DNA of 64,000 nt from Camelus dromedarius (taxonomy: Eukaryota), in contig NC_087472.1 in assembly GCF_036321535.1 (NCBI RefSeq), positions 91,638,001 through 91,702,000 of the forward strand, read 5' to 3'. Every line of letters begins with the position of its first letter. Position 1 is the stretch's first letter. The notes beneath the pieces were generated by a model, which was not told where the DNA came from, did no database searches, and saw only the letters and a list, made by a program, of their open reading frames with translations. The position numbers were made by a program, and so were the translations under genes. Shown piece after piece: positions 37,984 through 50,974 of the stretch.

Positions 37984-40142
37984 ACCATGCATTACTTTTA
38001 TAAGAATACAAATAATATGTTTTGTTGTTGTCTTTTAAAATATAAGTTGAAAGAGAATTTCCTAAAGATATGATCAGAGAAAGAGCTACTTGGAGGTAAG
38101 ATATCAATTTGTAGTTCCAATCAAAGCATATTACCAAGAGAGCAGCTCACAATGTATAATCACAAACCCGTATTAATTGGAGATGAGGCTCTGTAAGGTA
38201 TGGGCTGAATGTTTAGTGAACCATATCAGGTCATGCAAGTTGCTTGCCTCCCTGCTTTCCTGCCTTCCTGCCTGTGTTCCTTCCTTCCTTCTTTCCGTCC
38301 TTTTAAGAACAAACTGTCTAATATTTCTTGTTTCTTTTAAATTTTCTTCTTATTGTTTCTGAATGATATAAAGCACAAGTCTGATTCACTGGGGTTTTGC
38401 TCTCCCAACAGCCAGAAGTGAAAAGGTTAGCAAATTGAGAACTAAAAACTCATCAATAGGTCCATTTTACCTTGAATCTGAACACCTGCGCAGAGTACAT
38501 ATTTACATCTAGAACAAGAACACCCCTCACATGGGATGTGAATCACCTAATATCCAAGCTAATGCCATTTATAACAAACTTGCTTCCTTGTTGGTAATTC
38601 TGTTTTTTCTCTGCCTTTCAGACATTTTGCAAATATTCATTCACACCTTTCCTTTTCTAAATTTTGCAGCCAGATCATAAAAGCAGAATCCATTATTCAG
38701 CCCTGATTTTATTTAGCAATGACTGGATGCCTGTTTCTTTCAAATGCTCACAATCACTGCTAACTGCATTCTGAGAGCCCTGGTGGGTCTGACTTTTTAA
38801 TCATCTTGATTTCTCAGCGCTCATCTTTTTAGCCTTTATTTGCCGTAACTTCCTCAAGGTTTGCCTGAATAGCATCAGTCCTAACAGCCCCTCAAGATGA
38901 CTATGGGCTATTTAATTATGAATTGAAAAATTGAGCCTGTTAGCATGAAGTAAAGAGCAACAATTCCCTTACCTGTATCACCAAGGGACACACAAATCTT
39001 TAAATGTTGTGTGGGAGGCCTCCACAAAAATGCAATATATACTGCTTCTAAAATCATAGCTACTCCCCAAAGACATTTAAATCAAACTGCAATAACATCT
39101 GATTTTCCATAAATCAAAAACTTAGACACTGTGTTTAAAGGGCCATTTGCCTTTTGCAGGGAGAACTTTAATGAAGGAAATAGAGTCATTTAAAAAATTG
39201 CGGGCTTCCTCTGGAAACACTCCTCTGATAATCTCCCCTTACATTTATTCTCATGACATATCTTTTCAGCCCAGGAGATGCTAACTTATTTTGGATAACT
39301 TGTAAATCTCTTTCTTTTGGAACACTGACAAGATGACTCTCTTGATATTTAGCAAAAGGCTATATAGATCTTGGGTTGAATGGAGGTAGACTTACTTTAA
39401 CTTCATCAGCAATGTGCAAACTTACTTCATTGCTGAAATATCATCAGTGTCCACAGTAACAAGCTTCCCCAGTCTTCAAATTGATTAGTTAACAAAGTAA
39501 ACAAAAAATTAAAAAGGAAAGAATGCAACTTTTCCCCATGACAGACTCGGACTATGTGGTTTGATTATTATTGAAATTTACTGGAACAGACTCAACTTTA
39601 TTCTCTGCCTACTTTAAAAAAAAAAGACATACTTCTAAATGCCTATTAAAAGTTATAAAGTTATTGCTTCAATATTATATTTCACCTTCACCTGAGAAAC
39701 TACCAGGAAAATCTGTAGAACTGTAGCTGCCTTGGTTGTTAATGAGCAGGAACTTGGACACTCTCCTTAGCACAGCACATTTTGATAGTGCCTTTGATGG
39801 TGGCAGCAAGTTAAAGAACAGATGGGTAGGGAGGATGAGAAGACCCCCACTTTGACAGTGTCATTTCAGGCAGAGACATCTAATGAATGACGATACAAAG
39901 GCACACAGCAGCTCTGGAGCTAATTCTTGCCCTGGTGTAAAACCACTTCACAAACACATATGAAGATTGTTCAGCTTCTTGCTCCATTTTTCTGTTCTTT
40001 GGTTCCTTTCACTTTCATCGTGAAAAAGAGTTGGGGGACCGAAGACAAAGTTGCAAATGAACAGGAGGAAATGGCATCACAGGTTATGATATGTACATGA
40101 CATACTTTGAATGTACTTCTTGCAACTGAATGGCTTGTTAAA

Positions 40143-40310
40143 CAGTGATTCCCAAAGTTAATTGTGTACACATCATCTGGGGAGCTTGTTAAAAAGCATA
40201 ATCTGATTCTACAAGTCTGAAGTGGGGCCTGAGATTCTGCATTCCCAATAAGCTCCCAAGCGCTGCTGCAACTGCTGCTGGCCTGGGGACCACCCTTCAA
40301 ATAGAAAAGC
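40143..40310. mobile_element. MER5A hAT MITE
   Basis: cagtgattcccaaa...atcatctggggagcttgttaaaa...gtggggcctgagattctgcattc...gctgctggcctggggaccac. Confidence 0.85.
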
Positions 40311-43300
40311 TGTAAAGGACTTTAACTCATTAAAGTCTGAATCTTATCTAACGTCAAATCATTCAGTGCAGTCATCTCCATCTACACTGAAAATAAAAGC
40401 ACAGAATCACTGGCTGAATAAATCTCAAATCATGGCTCATTTAACAAGTATGCTCTCTCCTTTCATTCACAACTCATTTAATCTTAATGAAAACTTCCAG
40501 AGGTAGGGAATGTTATCCCCATTTCCTGGGTGAGGAGACTGAGAAACAGAAGTATTAGGGAGTTTGCTCAAAGTCACATGCCTAGAAAGTGATGGGGCAA
40601 CACTTTGCACCAAGGTTTCGTGTCTTCTCAAGCAGCTGCTTTGTAAAGCGTTTTATATGAATAAAAAGGCTTTTATAAAGATGAATGCGTTTGATCCTCA
40701 CGATATATGCCCTGTGAGAAAAGTATGATAGACCTTATTATCCTTGTTTTGTAGATGGGGAAGTAAGGCAGGAAAGATTAAACAGCATGGCAAAGTCCCA
40801 CAGCTAATTAGACAGAGCTAGAGCTGTCACTGAGTCCTTCTGATCCCCAGTCTGCTCTCTTTCATCATTACCATGCTACCCACAAGTAATCAATTTGTAA
40901 ACTAGAATGAAACAACAACAACAACTAGGAACATGCTCTAGAAATTTCCAATAGGAAAAATGAGCACTAGTTAGTAACTAAACCTAGTAAAATAACTTTG
41001 AAATAGGGGATATAAGCAGTGAGCTTTCATTTCACTTTCAAAGCTCTCAAAACATAAATTTCCAATGTTTCCTAAATCTATGGTGACACCCCAGGTGGGA
41101 GGGTAATGAAGGGGGTATAGATCATACCCCTTGGAGACCAAACCTTAGTAGTTTTTGAAATTATCTTCATTCTCATACTTTATACTAAAATATGAATTAC
41201 TTTTCTTGATTTTAAAGGTTTATCCTGGGTTGCTGGAAGTAAAACCCATTTCAAGGGAATGTGTCTCATTTCTCTTAACAAAAATAATATCCATTTTACT
41301 CCACAGATATTTTACTTCCTGTATCTTCAATCTTTCTCTCATCTGGCTCCTGTCTAGCAGTATTTAAACACAAGCATGTTTTTCCCATGGTAAAACAAAA
41401 ACTCTTTAACCCACATGTTGCTACACATACCACTCTGTTTCTCTCCTTTTCTCCTGAGACAAACATGTTTAAAGACCTGTCTATATACACCTTATCTCTC
41501 CTAGCCTATTAATACTCCTCAACTCACTATAGTCCAGGTTCTGACCTCAATCACTCTACTGAAACTACTATCCCTAAAGTTATCAATTACCTGAATATTA
41601 GTTAACTCCCTGGGCTCCCTTGACTTCTCAGTAGCATTTGATGAGTTTGCTGCTCCCTTCCTTTGAGAAATGCTCTTTACCCCCTGACTTCTAAAGCTAA
41701 AGGCTCTACTAAGTTTCTTCTAAATTTTATGCTTTGTTTTTTCCTCAGCGTCCACTACAGATTCCTTTTTCAATGTTCAGTCCTCATCACTTTGACAGAT
41801 ATTTACTGAGTCATACTCCTGTTCTTTGTATTCTGCTAGATGCTGGGAATAAAATTGTAATTAAAACATATATTGTTTGTACTCTCTTGGATCTTACATT
41901 CTAACAAGGAACAGCCCAAATGAGTCAAGAAGTCAAGAAACCTTCTCTAAGAGAATGATAGTTTAATTGAAGTCTAAAGAATAAGTAGAGATTGATGAGG
42001 CAATGAGAAAAAGAAAGAACATTCTATGCAAAGGCAATGCATGCAGAAAGGCCTTGGGTCATGAGGAGCAGGGGTCATAGGATTAGGTGGGAGAGGTTGG
42101 GAGAGACATGTGAAGGATTTTGCTTTCTCATGTAGGAAGCACTGAAATGTTTTAAATGGTAGAGGGATGTGATCAGATCTGCATTTCTGATAGATGTGGG
42201 AGATCATTCTGCCTTATAATATAGTGAAAAACTGGAGGATAGAGTAGTGGATCAGAGCAGATCACTCAGAGGCAATTGTAGTGGTCCAGACTATAGATGA
42301 TGGTTGTTTCATGTAGGCTGATAGCAGCAGATTAAGAGAACAGTGTTGGATTAGATAAGAGGACTGAGGAAGAGGAAGATTTCAAAAATGGCCCATGGGA
42401 TAAATTATCTTTGAATTATTTATGTGGGACTGAACTTGGGGGTTCTTGACAGTTTAGGAGACAAATGGTAGTGCAGGAAAATGGACACCATTTCCCTTAT
42501 GAGGGAAAAGGAGAACAAATAGGTGAGGATACAGGTAAATTTGCAAATTTGGAAGCAGCAAGGTGAATGGGTTCCCAGCTGGTAATTGCTGTGTTTACCA
42601 TGAAGACAGAGGTAAATTTAACTCCTGAGACTGAAGAAGATCACAGTGAGGTGGTAAGTTTAGGAAAGTGGAAAAAGTTTGAAACTATATTTGAAAATAA
42701 GGATGGACAAACCTAGGAAAATTTCCTGTCAATGGATTTCTGATTCTAAAGATGGAAAGTAAATTCTTCGTCAATAAAAAGCCTTCTTGTCCCATGCAGA
42801 AAACCATCAGTCTCCATTCTTTCGAAAATTCTAACTGGATTTTAGGAGAAGCACTAGGGTAAAGGAGAATGTTAACATTTTCTTTCTCTGCTATACTGAG
42901 ACGGGCATCTAGGAAAGAATGGCACACATGCACCAAATGTTAAAATATTTATATTGATTCAGTGCTATGGGACCACATAAATGGAAGTTACAAAATGTTA
43001 GCTGGAAATGAATTTTCCTAGGAGGGCAGTTGAGCCCTGACAGAAGTTAAGTAGATGAGATCTGGCAGAAATTCACAAACATCTCCTTAATAAGGAAGGG
43101 TAAGGTCTGAAGGTGAGGGTGAGCTCTGGGGATGATTTTTGCTACTGAGTTCAAAAGCAATCAAAATGTTCATAGTCAAATCCTGGAAGTCACCCAGTGA
43201 AAAAAGCATCAGGGAGAGGGCTCGGGGGTGACCGCACCAGTTATCAGGCACAGGGGCAGGGATATTTGCTACAGAAAGCTGGAGGCTCTCATAAAATCAT

Positions 43301-43559
43301 CACACGGAGAGACTCTGTACAGGGCCAGCATTTCTCACAGCTCTAACTTTCTTCTTACTTCTCTCTGGCTGTCCAAAGCACTGAAGTGTCTATCATCTGC
43401 CCTTCCTCTAACGTGCTACCTGGCCTCTAATTGCATCTAGGGCAATCTAATGGCCTCCAAGTGTCAAAGAGGTGATGTGGGTGGAATCCTCCCACCAGGC
43501 CAGGGAGAGCCAACTGGAACTGCGCGGTGAGTGATCAGTAAGAGTCCAACATCTACTTA

Positions 43560-44110
43560 AGGGAAAGAGAGAACAAGTGAAAAGATGCAATGGGAGAGCA
43601 TGATTTTGAAAACATTGGTTACAAAAAACAGAAGTAAATACAGAGTATATGGTATTTCTTCACAGTATTGTTTAAAGAAATGTGACTACAAGAGGATAAA
43701 TATGTGGTAAGAAAGAAAAGAAGTAAAGTAGAAATTTTAAAAAATGTTTGGTTTAAAGCCTAGTAAGGAAACGAAAACTATTGAATATATTAAAAACCTG
43801 TGCTGGAAACAGTAATGAGAAAACGTGACAATGAAATAGCATTAAGTGGAGGAAAACCTGAGGAGTATTTTCCATTAGATAGAGAGGAAAAGCAAAGAAA
43901 TAAAAATTATGAGAAATTATAAATGTGGAGGCCAGAGAGCAGAGATCCAGCAACAAAGATAATCATGTATCTGAAGAGTATATCAAAAGAAGTGGAACAG
44001 AAAGAGTAATAAAACATGTAATAAGAGAAAACTTTTCTTAGGAAAACAACTTGGATTTTTAGATTAAAATGAGAACAAAACAAACGTTTGGAAAATTTCC
44101 TAAAATATGT
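43560..44110 (+). mobile_element. Ancient L1 (L1ME-like) ORF1 remnant
   Basis: A-rich; aaatgtggaggccagagagcagagatccagcaac and ataagagaaaacttttct resemble degenerate ORF1. Confidence 0.5.
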
Positions 44111-44836
44111 GATTTTCACACCTTGGAAAAGAAATCAAAATAATATTGACTGCATTTCATTTTAGGTATTAAGTTTTGATCTAGAGTGTATTGTTATGTA
44201 TGAACTTGAATCAAAGCAAACTTTTTGGATTGGTAACACCTGGTGATAAAAATGTTTTCATCTTGAAGTATAAACTTTGACTCCCTGCATAAACTAAAAC
44301 AATAGGAAAAATGACAATTATGATCCTGCTTATCTCAGCATGATTAAGTTAAATCAGTTAACAAGACAAGAAGAAACCTCTCCTTTTGACTGTAAAAACT
44401 TTCGTACATTCTAGTTCAGTTCATGTATTTTTGGATGATGCTTTAATCCAGAATTTGACACCTATGTCATTCTTGTTAATCTAATAAGCAACTGAGAAAC
44501 TGGCAGCAGCAAATAAATCATGGTTTGAGATACATAACTAACATAATACACATCCGTTGTATACTGTATGTATCTAAGGGAAGAACATCGAGACATTAAA
44601 AAGATTCTGCTCAGCAACAAAATTAGGGAAAATCAGCCATTTGGGTCACTTTATCCCTTGTCCTTTACTCCTAACAGAGAGGCCTTGGATCATTGTTTAA
44701 CTGCCTCTGCTCAATTAGGTTTAGTCTGTGAAGGGGTCAGAAAATAATACACAAAACACTTAATTTCTCTGGTTAACTTAGGAGCTACCTGGAAAAACTG
44801 GCAAACTACACAGATTTTCTAAAAAGACAGGTTCTT

Positions 44837-44914
44837 TTTTTTTTTTAAATTGAAATTCATATTCTTTTTCACCATAAGCTACTACAAGATATCAAATATA
44901 GCTCCCTGTGCTAT
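44837..44914 (-). mobile_element. 78-bp L1 3'UTR mini-insertion with a 16-bp TSD
   Basis: aaaaagacaggttctt (44821-44836) and aaaaagataggttctt (44915-44930) flank poly(T) plus ttcatattctttttcaccataagctactacaagatatcaaatatagctccctgtgctat. Confidence 0.85.
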
Positions 44915-44944
44915 AAAAAGATAGGTTCTTGATGTTTTCTGCTT

Positions 44945-45368
44945 TCATTTGGCTATACTGTGGTTAAATTCACCCCCTAATTCTCAGTGTCTTACAACAA
45001 CTAACGCTTACTTTTCACTCATGTTACATCTTGGCTGTAGTGGCTGAGGCTGTTCCATTGTGTCTTCTTCATTCCAGGATCCCTTCTGAAGGATCAGCTC
45101 CTATATAGAACATGTATTTCTCATTTCAGAGAGAAAAAGGGAACACTGAAACACACAAAGGTTTTATTTCTGCTTCTGCTTAGCTGTATTATATAACCAG
45201 TCCATTGGCATTATATTGGCCAAGTCTGGTCATGTGCCCAAACCTTACATCAAAGGGGAAGGGACCTACATCTGTCTCATGGGGGCATTTCTGAAAATCT
45301 CATGGCAATGGGCAGGGATGTACAGTCCTCTCAGAAGGGAGGAGAAATAATTGGGAAATCTACCATAT
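44945..45368. mobile_element. MaLR solo LTR (old MLT1 subfamily)
   Basis: ggctatactgtgg...ttctcagtgtcttacaacaac...attggccaagtctggtcatgtgccca...ctacca pattern. Confidence 0.7.
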
Positions 45369-45539
45369 TTGGCAAAAGTAAATGTGAGAAAACTTGAAAG
45401 TCGTAATGTATGAAATGAGAAGAGAAAGGTAAGAGCAAATTCTCCTTCACAGAAAAAGAATATGTTGGATAAAAAAATGCAACCTTGTTTTCCTTGTCAT
45501 TCTGTAACAACTATAAAGTCAGGAAGATTACAGGAATTG

Positions 45540-48440
45540 GTAAACCTCTGCCATGCAAATCTTAGCAAAAATAAACCACAGAGTCAGACAAAATAGAACA
45601 TATTTTATCATACCAATTAATTGGAAACAAAAGACAAATGACAAACTCATTAGATGCCAAAAATGTATTAAATTCAACATCTGTTTTTAGTAATAACTAT
45701 TTGTAAATTAAGAATAGAAAGATGCTCCCACAGCATGATAAAGTATGTATGTCTCAAAGCAGGAGCTAACAACATATTAAATATTGAACACAGACGCAAT
45801 CCCACTAAAGTCAGGAACAGGATTAAGGATGCCTTCTATCTCTACCGTATTGCAATTTTCTTCTGGAATATCTATCCGCTGCTATACATTAAGGGAACGA
45901 AATGAGGTATAAGTACTATTAAGGTGGGGAAAAAGATCACTATTTGAAGAAAATACCTACATGGAAATTTAAGAGAAGAAACGTCCAAAAACTCTTAGAA
46001 TAACAATAAATCTCAACAAAGCATCTGGTTACAAAACAATTACACAAAAATTCATACAATTTTTATAAAAGAATAATGTTAGAATGTAATAACATAAGGT
46101 CCTTTATTAACAATATGGTCTGAGTACCCATAGTCACTTTCTTAAGCAAGCATCCAAAGCATAGGTGCTTTCTACTACACACCTTCATTTCCCTATCCAC
46201 AGAAAATCTGATCAAAGATTGGCTCCTGACCCAAAAGCAGTCATGCATAAGGCAGCCAGGAGCCTCTGGCCTGCCCAAATGAGGGATCTTTATTTGTCAT
46301 CTTGGAACCAACCAGATTCTCTCTATTAATGTGAACACACCTAGAGATACAGTCATTAGAAACCTGAGAAGCTGAGAGACAACAACAGAGAGAAGGAGAT
46401 TTGTATATGCCGATAGGCAGTAGTTGCTTCGGATGGGAGAGGAAAGGCAGACGGGGGAGGAAGATTCAAGCAGAGAAGCTGAGCTGGAGGAGCTGAGTCA
46501 CAGATGCAGGGCCCTGGGAGAGCTGTTTTGCCATGCTGTCTGGTCACTATTCCACTTACAGAAGGCCTGATTGGAAAAGCTGTGATAATGTGGAAATTTT
46601 CTAAACACAAAACTAAAAGCAGAAGGCATTCTGAATGTAGAATCATGTCTTACAACTTAATATTGCCCAACATAGATGACATTTGCAATAGCAACATAAA
46701 ATATTAAAAGCCAAGTAGAATTTCTATCGATAAAAGATCTATTTAAATAAAAATTATAATATTTCAAATTCAAGGATAAGTGAACAAATGGAGAATGATA
46801 TACCAGAGCAGAGAAAATTCAATATTCAAAGACATCGACTGGACAAAAAATAATTTATGACTTTAAACTGCAATTTTAATCAAAATATCACTGGGATATT
46901 TAGAAATGTGACAAAACTGTTTTAAATTTCCTCTGAAAAATTCAAATAGATGAGCTACTTCCAGGAATATATATTAAAGAAATACTCACATGTAAGACGT
47001 ATGTATGAGGATATTAATCATGGCATACTTTATAAGAGTAAAATCTGAAAGTACCTAATATGTCTAAATAGGTTATGGTATATCCATACTAAGGGAAACA
47101 ACTAAGTCATTATAATTGTTGTTATCAAAAATATTTAGTTACACTGGAAAATGTTCGTGATATATTTAAAATTAAGAGGCCTATATATTCAGTACACACT
47201 TATAAAATCTACCCATCTTTTGGGAATTGTTATAACTTAAGTTTATAGTCCAAAGGAGTAAGACTGGTAATTAGATTGTAGGTATTTTTATTTTCTAATT
47301 TGTAAATTTTTAAATTCTCTAAAATATCTCCAGTGAAAATGTATTATTTTTATAATAAAAGAATTCATGCTAATATAATGTTACAAAAAGACTAAATCAG
47401 CAACAAGAGCCTGAAACAGAGCATAGCAAATAGTAGAGCTGAGTAAGTTATTTGTAGAATGAATGAATGGCCAAGATAATTTTGAAAAAAGACACTTGTG
47501 CTAACGGATGGTGAAGCTCACGCTACAAACATTATAACATTTTAAAATTACAATAATTTACCAGTGAAATGAATGCAAAAATAATCAGTTCAGTGAAATA
47601 AAAAGCTCAGCAACAAATCTAATATAAAATATTTTAGTACATAACATGTAAAATTTTCAGTGAAAATATTCAGTGAGGAAATGGGCCACTATTTCCTAAG
47701 TTGTTCTGAGACAACTGATTCAAATTTGGGGGGAGAATATAAAAAAGAACTCTATAACCTATGTCATGAAGCACCATAAACAAATTTAACAGTAAAAGAC
47801 AAATTAAAAATATTTGCAACAGTTTGAACTACTTTAATATATACGGATTTCTTTGATTTTCTTTTTTTTTGGAAAAGGAAAAAAGCACAACTTATAAAAA
47901 CTGCTTGTTGGTTTTAGAACATCAATAGACAACTCACAATGGAAAAAAACACACGTAGATAATAATAATATATTATTAAACCACAGGAACACAAATTATA
48001 ATAATTCTAATTTGAGCTTCTGAAAGGATATTTTTAAATTGGTAACTCTATTACGTAGGGTGAATAATTCATGGTTTTAATATGGCTATACTTTTCTGTG
48101 CGATAACTGGTCTGTGTGTATCAACAGCTTAAAGTGTGACCTAACGATTCAAGCTCTAGAACTTGAAAGAATCAAAGATTCAAACCAATATCTACGTACA
48201 AGTGTGTTCAGTATGGTACTACTTAAAATAGCAAAAAAACTGGAACTACCTTAATGATTTAACACAGGGAATTAAGTAAAATATTAATAAATTGTTTCTA
48301 TAACATACACTACTATAAAATCACATTTTAGAAGAGGATTAAATAGACTGAAAAATGCCTATGCTCTATTATCAATTATAATTTTGGATTACAAAATAAT
48401 GTCTACAACATGAACCCATTTTTGTGAGAAAAAGTTTGTC
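45540..48440 (+). mobile_element. Fragmented ancient L1 (L1ME-like) ORF2/3'UTR, interrupted by an LTR-like insert at ~46085-46600
   Basis: tcattagatgccaaaaatgtattaaattcaacatc, cccactaaagtcaggaacagga and gcatctggttacaaaa resemble ORF2 RT-region motifs. Confidence 0.6.
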
Positions 48441-48468
48441 TTTGTGTGTACTTAAGACAAATCTATGG

Positions 48469-50235
48469 GAAAATTTAAAAAAATGGAAAGCTATCCCATG
48501 CTCCTGGATTGGAAGAATCAGTATTGTTAAAATGGCCACACTGCCCAAGGCAGTCTACAGATTTAATGCAATCCCTATCAAATAACCCAGGACATATTTC
48601 ACAGAACTAGAACAAATCATAATAAAATTTATATGGAACCACAAAAGACCTAGAATTGCCAAAGCATTACTGAAGAGAAAGAAAGAGGCTGGAGGAATAA
48701 CTCTCCCAGACTTCAGACAATACTATAGAGCTACAGTCATCAAGACAGCATGGTATTGGTACAAAAACAGACATATGGACCAATGGAACAGAATAGAGAG
48801 CCCAGAAATGAACCCACAAACTTTTGGTCAACTAACCTTCCACAAAGAAGGCAAGAAGATACAATGGAATAGACGGTCTCTTCAGCAAATGGTATTGGGA
48901 AAACTAGACAGCACCATGTAAATCAGTGAAGCTAGAACATTCCCTTACACCATACACAAAAATAAACTCAAAATGGATCAAAGATTTAAACATAGGACAA
49001 AATACAATAAACCTCCTAGAAGAAAATATAGGCAAAACATTATCTGACATACATCTCAAAAATGTTCTCCTAGGGCAGTCTACCCAAGCAATAGAAATAA
49101 AAGCAAGAATAAACAAATGGGACCTAAGTAAACTTACAAGCTTCTGCACAGCAAAGGAAACCATAAGCAAAACAAAAAGACAACCTATGGAATGGGAGAA
49201 AATTTTTGCAAACGATGAAACCGACAAAGGCTTGATCTCCAGAATATATAAGCAGCTCATATGACATAATAAGAACAATACAAACAACCCAATCCAAGAA
49301 TGGGCAGAAGACCTAAACAAGCAATTCTCCAAGGAAGAAATACAAATGATCAATAGGCACATTAAAAAAATGCTCAACATCACTAATTATCAGAGAAATG
49401 CAAATCAAAACTACAATGAGGTATCACCTCATACCAGTCAGAATAGCCATCATTCCAAAGTCCACAAACAGTAAATGCTGGAGAGGCTGTGGAGAAAAGG
49501 GAACCCTCCTACACTGCTGGTGGGAATGCAGGTTGGTGCAGCCACTGTGGAAAACAGTATGGAGATTCCTCAAAAGACTAGGAATAGACTTACCATATGA
49601 CCCAGTCATCCCGCTCCTGGGCATATATCTAGAAGGAACTCTACTTCAGGATGACACCTGCACCCCAATGTTCATAGCAGCACTATTTACAATAGCCAAG
49701 ACATGGAAACAGCCTAAATGTCCATCGACAGATGACTGGATAAAGAAGAGGTGGTATATTTATACAATGGAATACTATTCAGCCGTAAAGAGACAACATA
49801 ATGCCATTTGCAGCAACGTGGATGTCCCTGGAGAATGTCATTCTAAGTGAAGTAAGCCAGAAAGAGAAAGAAAAATACCATATGAGATCACTCATATGTG
49901 GAATCTTAGAAAAAAGAACATAAATACAAATCAGAAACAGACTCATAGATATAGAATACAAACTTGTGGTTGCCAGGGGGTTGGGGGGGGTGTGAAGGGA
50001 CAAGACCGAGAGTTCAAAATTTGTAGATACTGACAGGCATATGCAGAATAGATAAACAAGATTGTACTGTATAGCACAGAGAAATATATACAAGATCTTG
50101 TGGTAGCTCACAGTGAAAAACAATGTGACAATGAATATATGTATATTCATGCATAACTTAAAAATTGTACTCTACACTGGAATTTGACACAACTTTGTAA
50201 AGTGTCTATAACTCAATAAAAAATGTTAAAAAAAG
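48469..50235 (+). mobile_element. Young camelid L1, 5'-truncated (~1.77 kb), perfect 14-bp TSD
   Basis: agacaaatctatgg at 48455-48468 and 50236-50249; ORF2 C-terminal fragments (ORFs 48926..49264 and 49398..49850); AATAAA plus A tail. Confidence 0.97.
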
Positions 50236-50974
50236 AGACAAATCTATGGAAACAACTGGATCCCAAAATGTTAATGCGTATCTGTGGATGGTGGGGCTAC
50301 AGGTTTTTTGTTTTCTCTTTCATTCAATTATACCTAACTAAAATTTTCTTTGAATACTATATTTACATTCATAATAAAAACACTTTGTTATATTTCTTTA
50401 TTTCAGGGAATTTCTACTGTGTTCATTTTTTCTGGAAACATTCTTATTTATAATACTTTTCTTAATTCCAACCCACCTTCTCTTCTCCTTCACACCTGCT
50501 TTATCTGGCTATGTATCTTACAGGCTGTGTTAAGGTTCATTAAAGTCTATCTCCTTTTTAGTTGTAAGCTGCTTAAGTGTAAAGGCTATGCAAAGTCCCT
50601 GGCTTACATTCCATTGGTTTGTGTATAAACTGTACATACTCAGTAAATGTAGGTTGAATGTATGAAGATTACAAACTGCAGGAACTGCATACTAATCATT
50701 CAGGCACCAAGTAAACTAAAGAAGCTGATTCATTCTTTATGGCTAAATTGAGGCACTCTGAGGAAATGCATTAACCACGAATCCAGGGAAAATGGGCTAT
50801 CCCTTCATTTATGTTTCCACAACATCTAGTACATTCTGTCTTATAAAGATTATCATATTAGTTTTGTGACTGTCTTTTTCAAGATGGTGACTTCTAATCT
50901 GTCTTACATGCCCTCATATCTATAGCATCCAGGGACGTTTGCTCCATCATAGGTTTTCAGTAAATGCTTTTGCT

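Noticed and set aside
36165..38137. Cluster of 80-190 aa ORFs on both strands (also 48904-50150)
   Set aside because: L1 ORF2 fragments and their antisense frames; not host genes.
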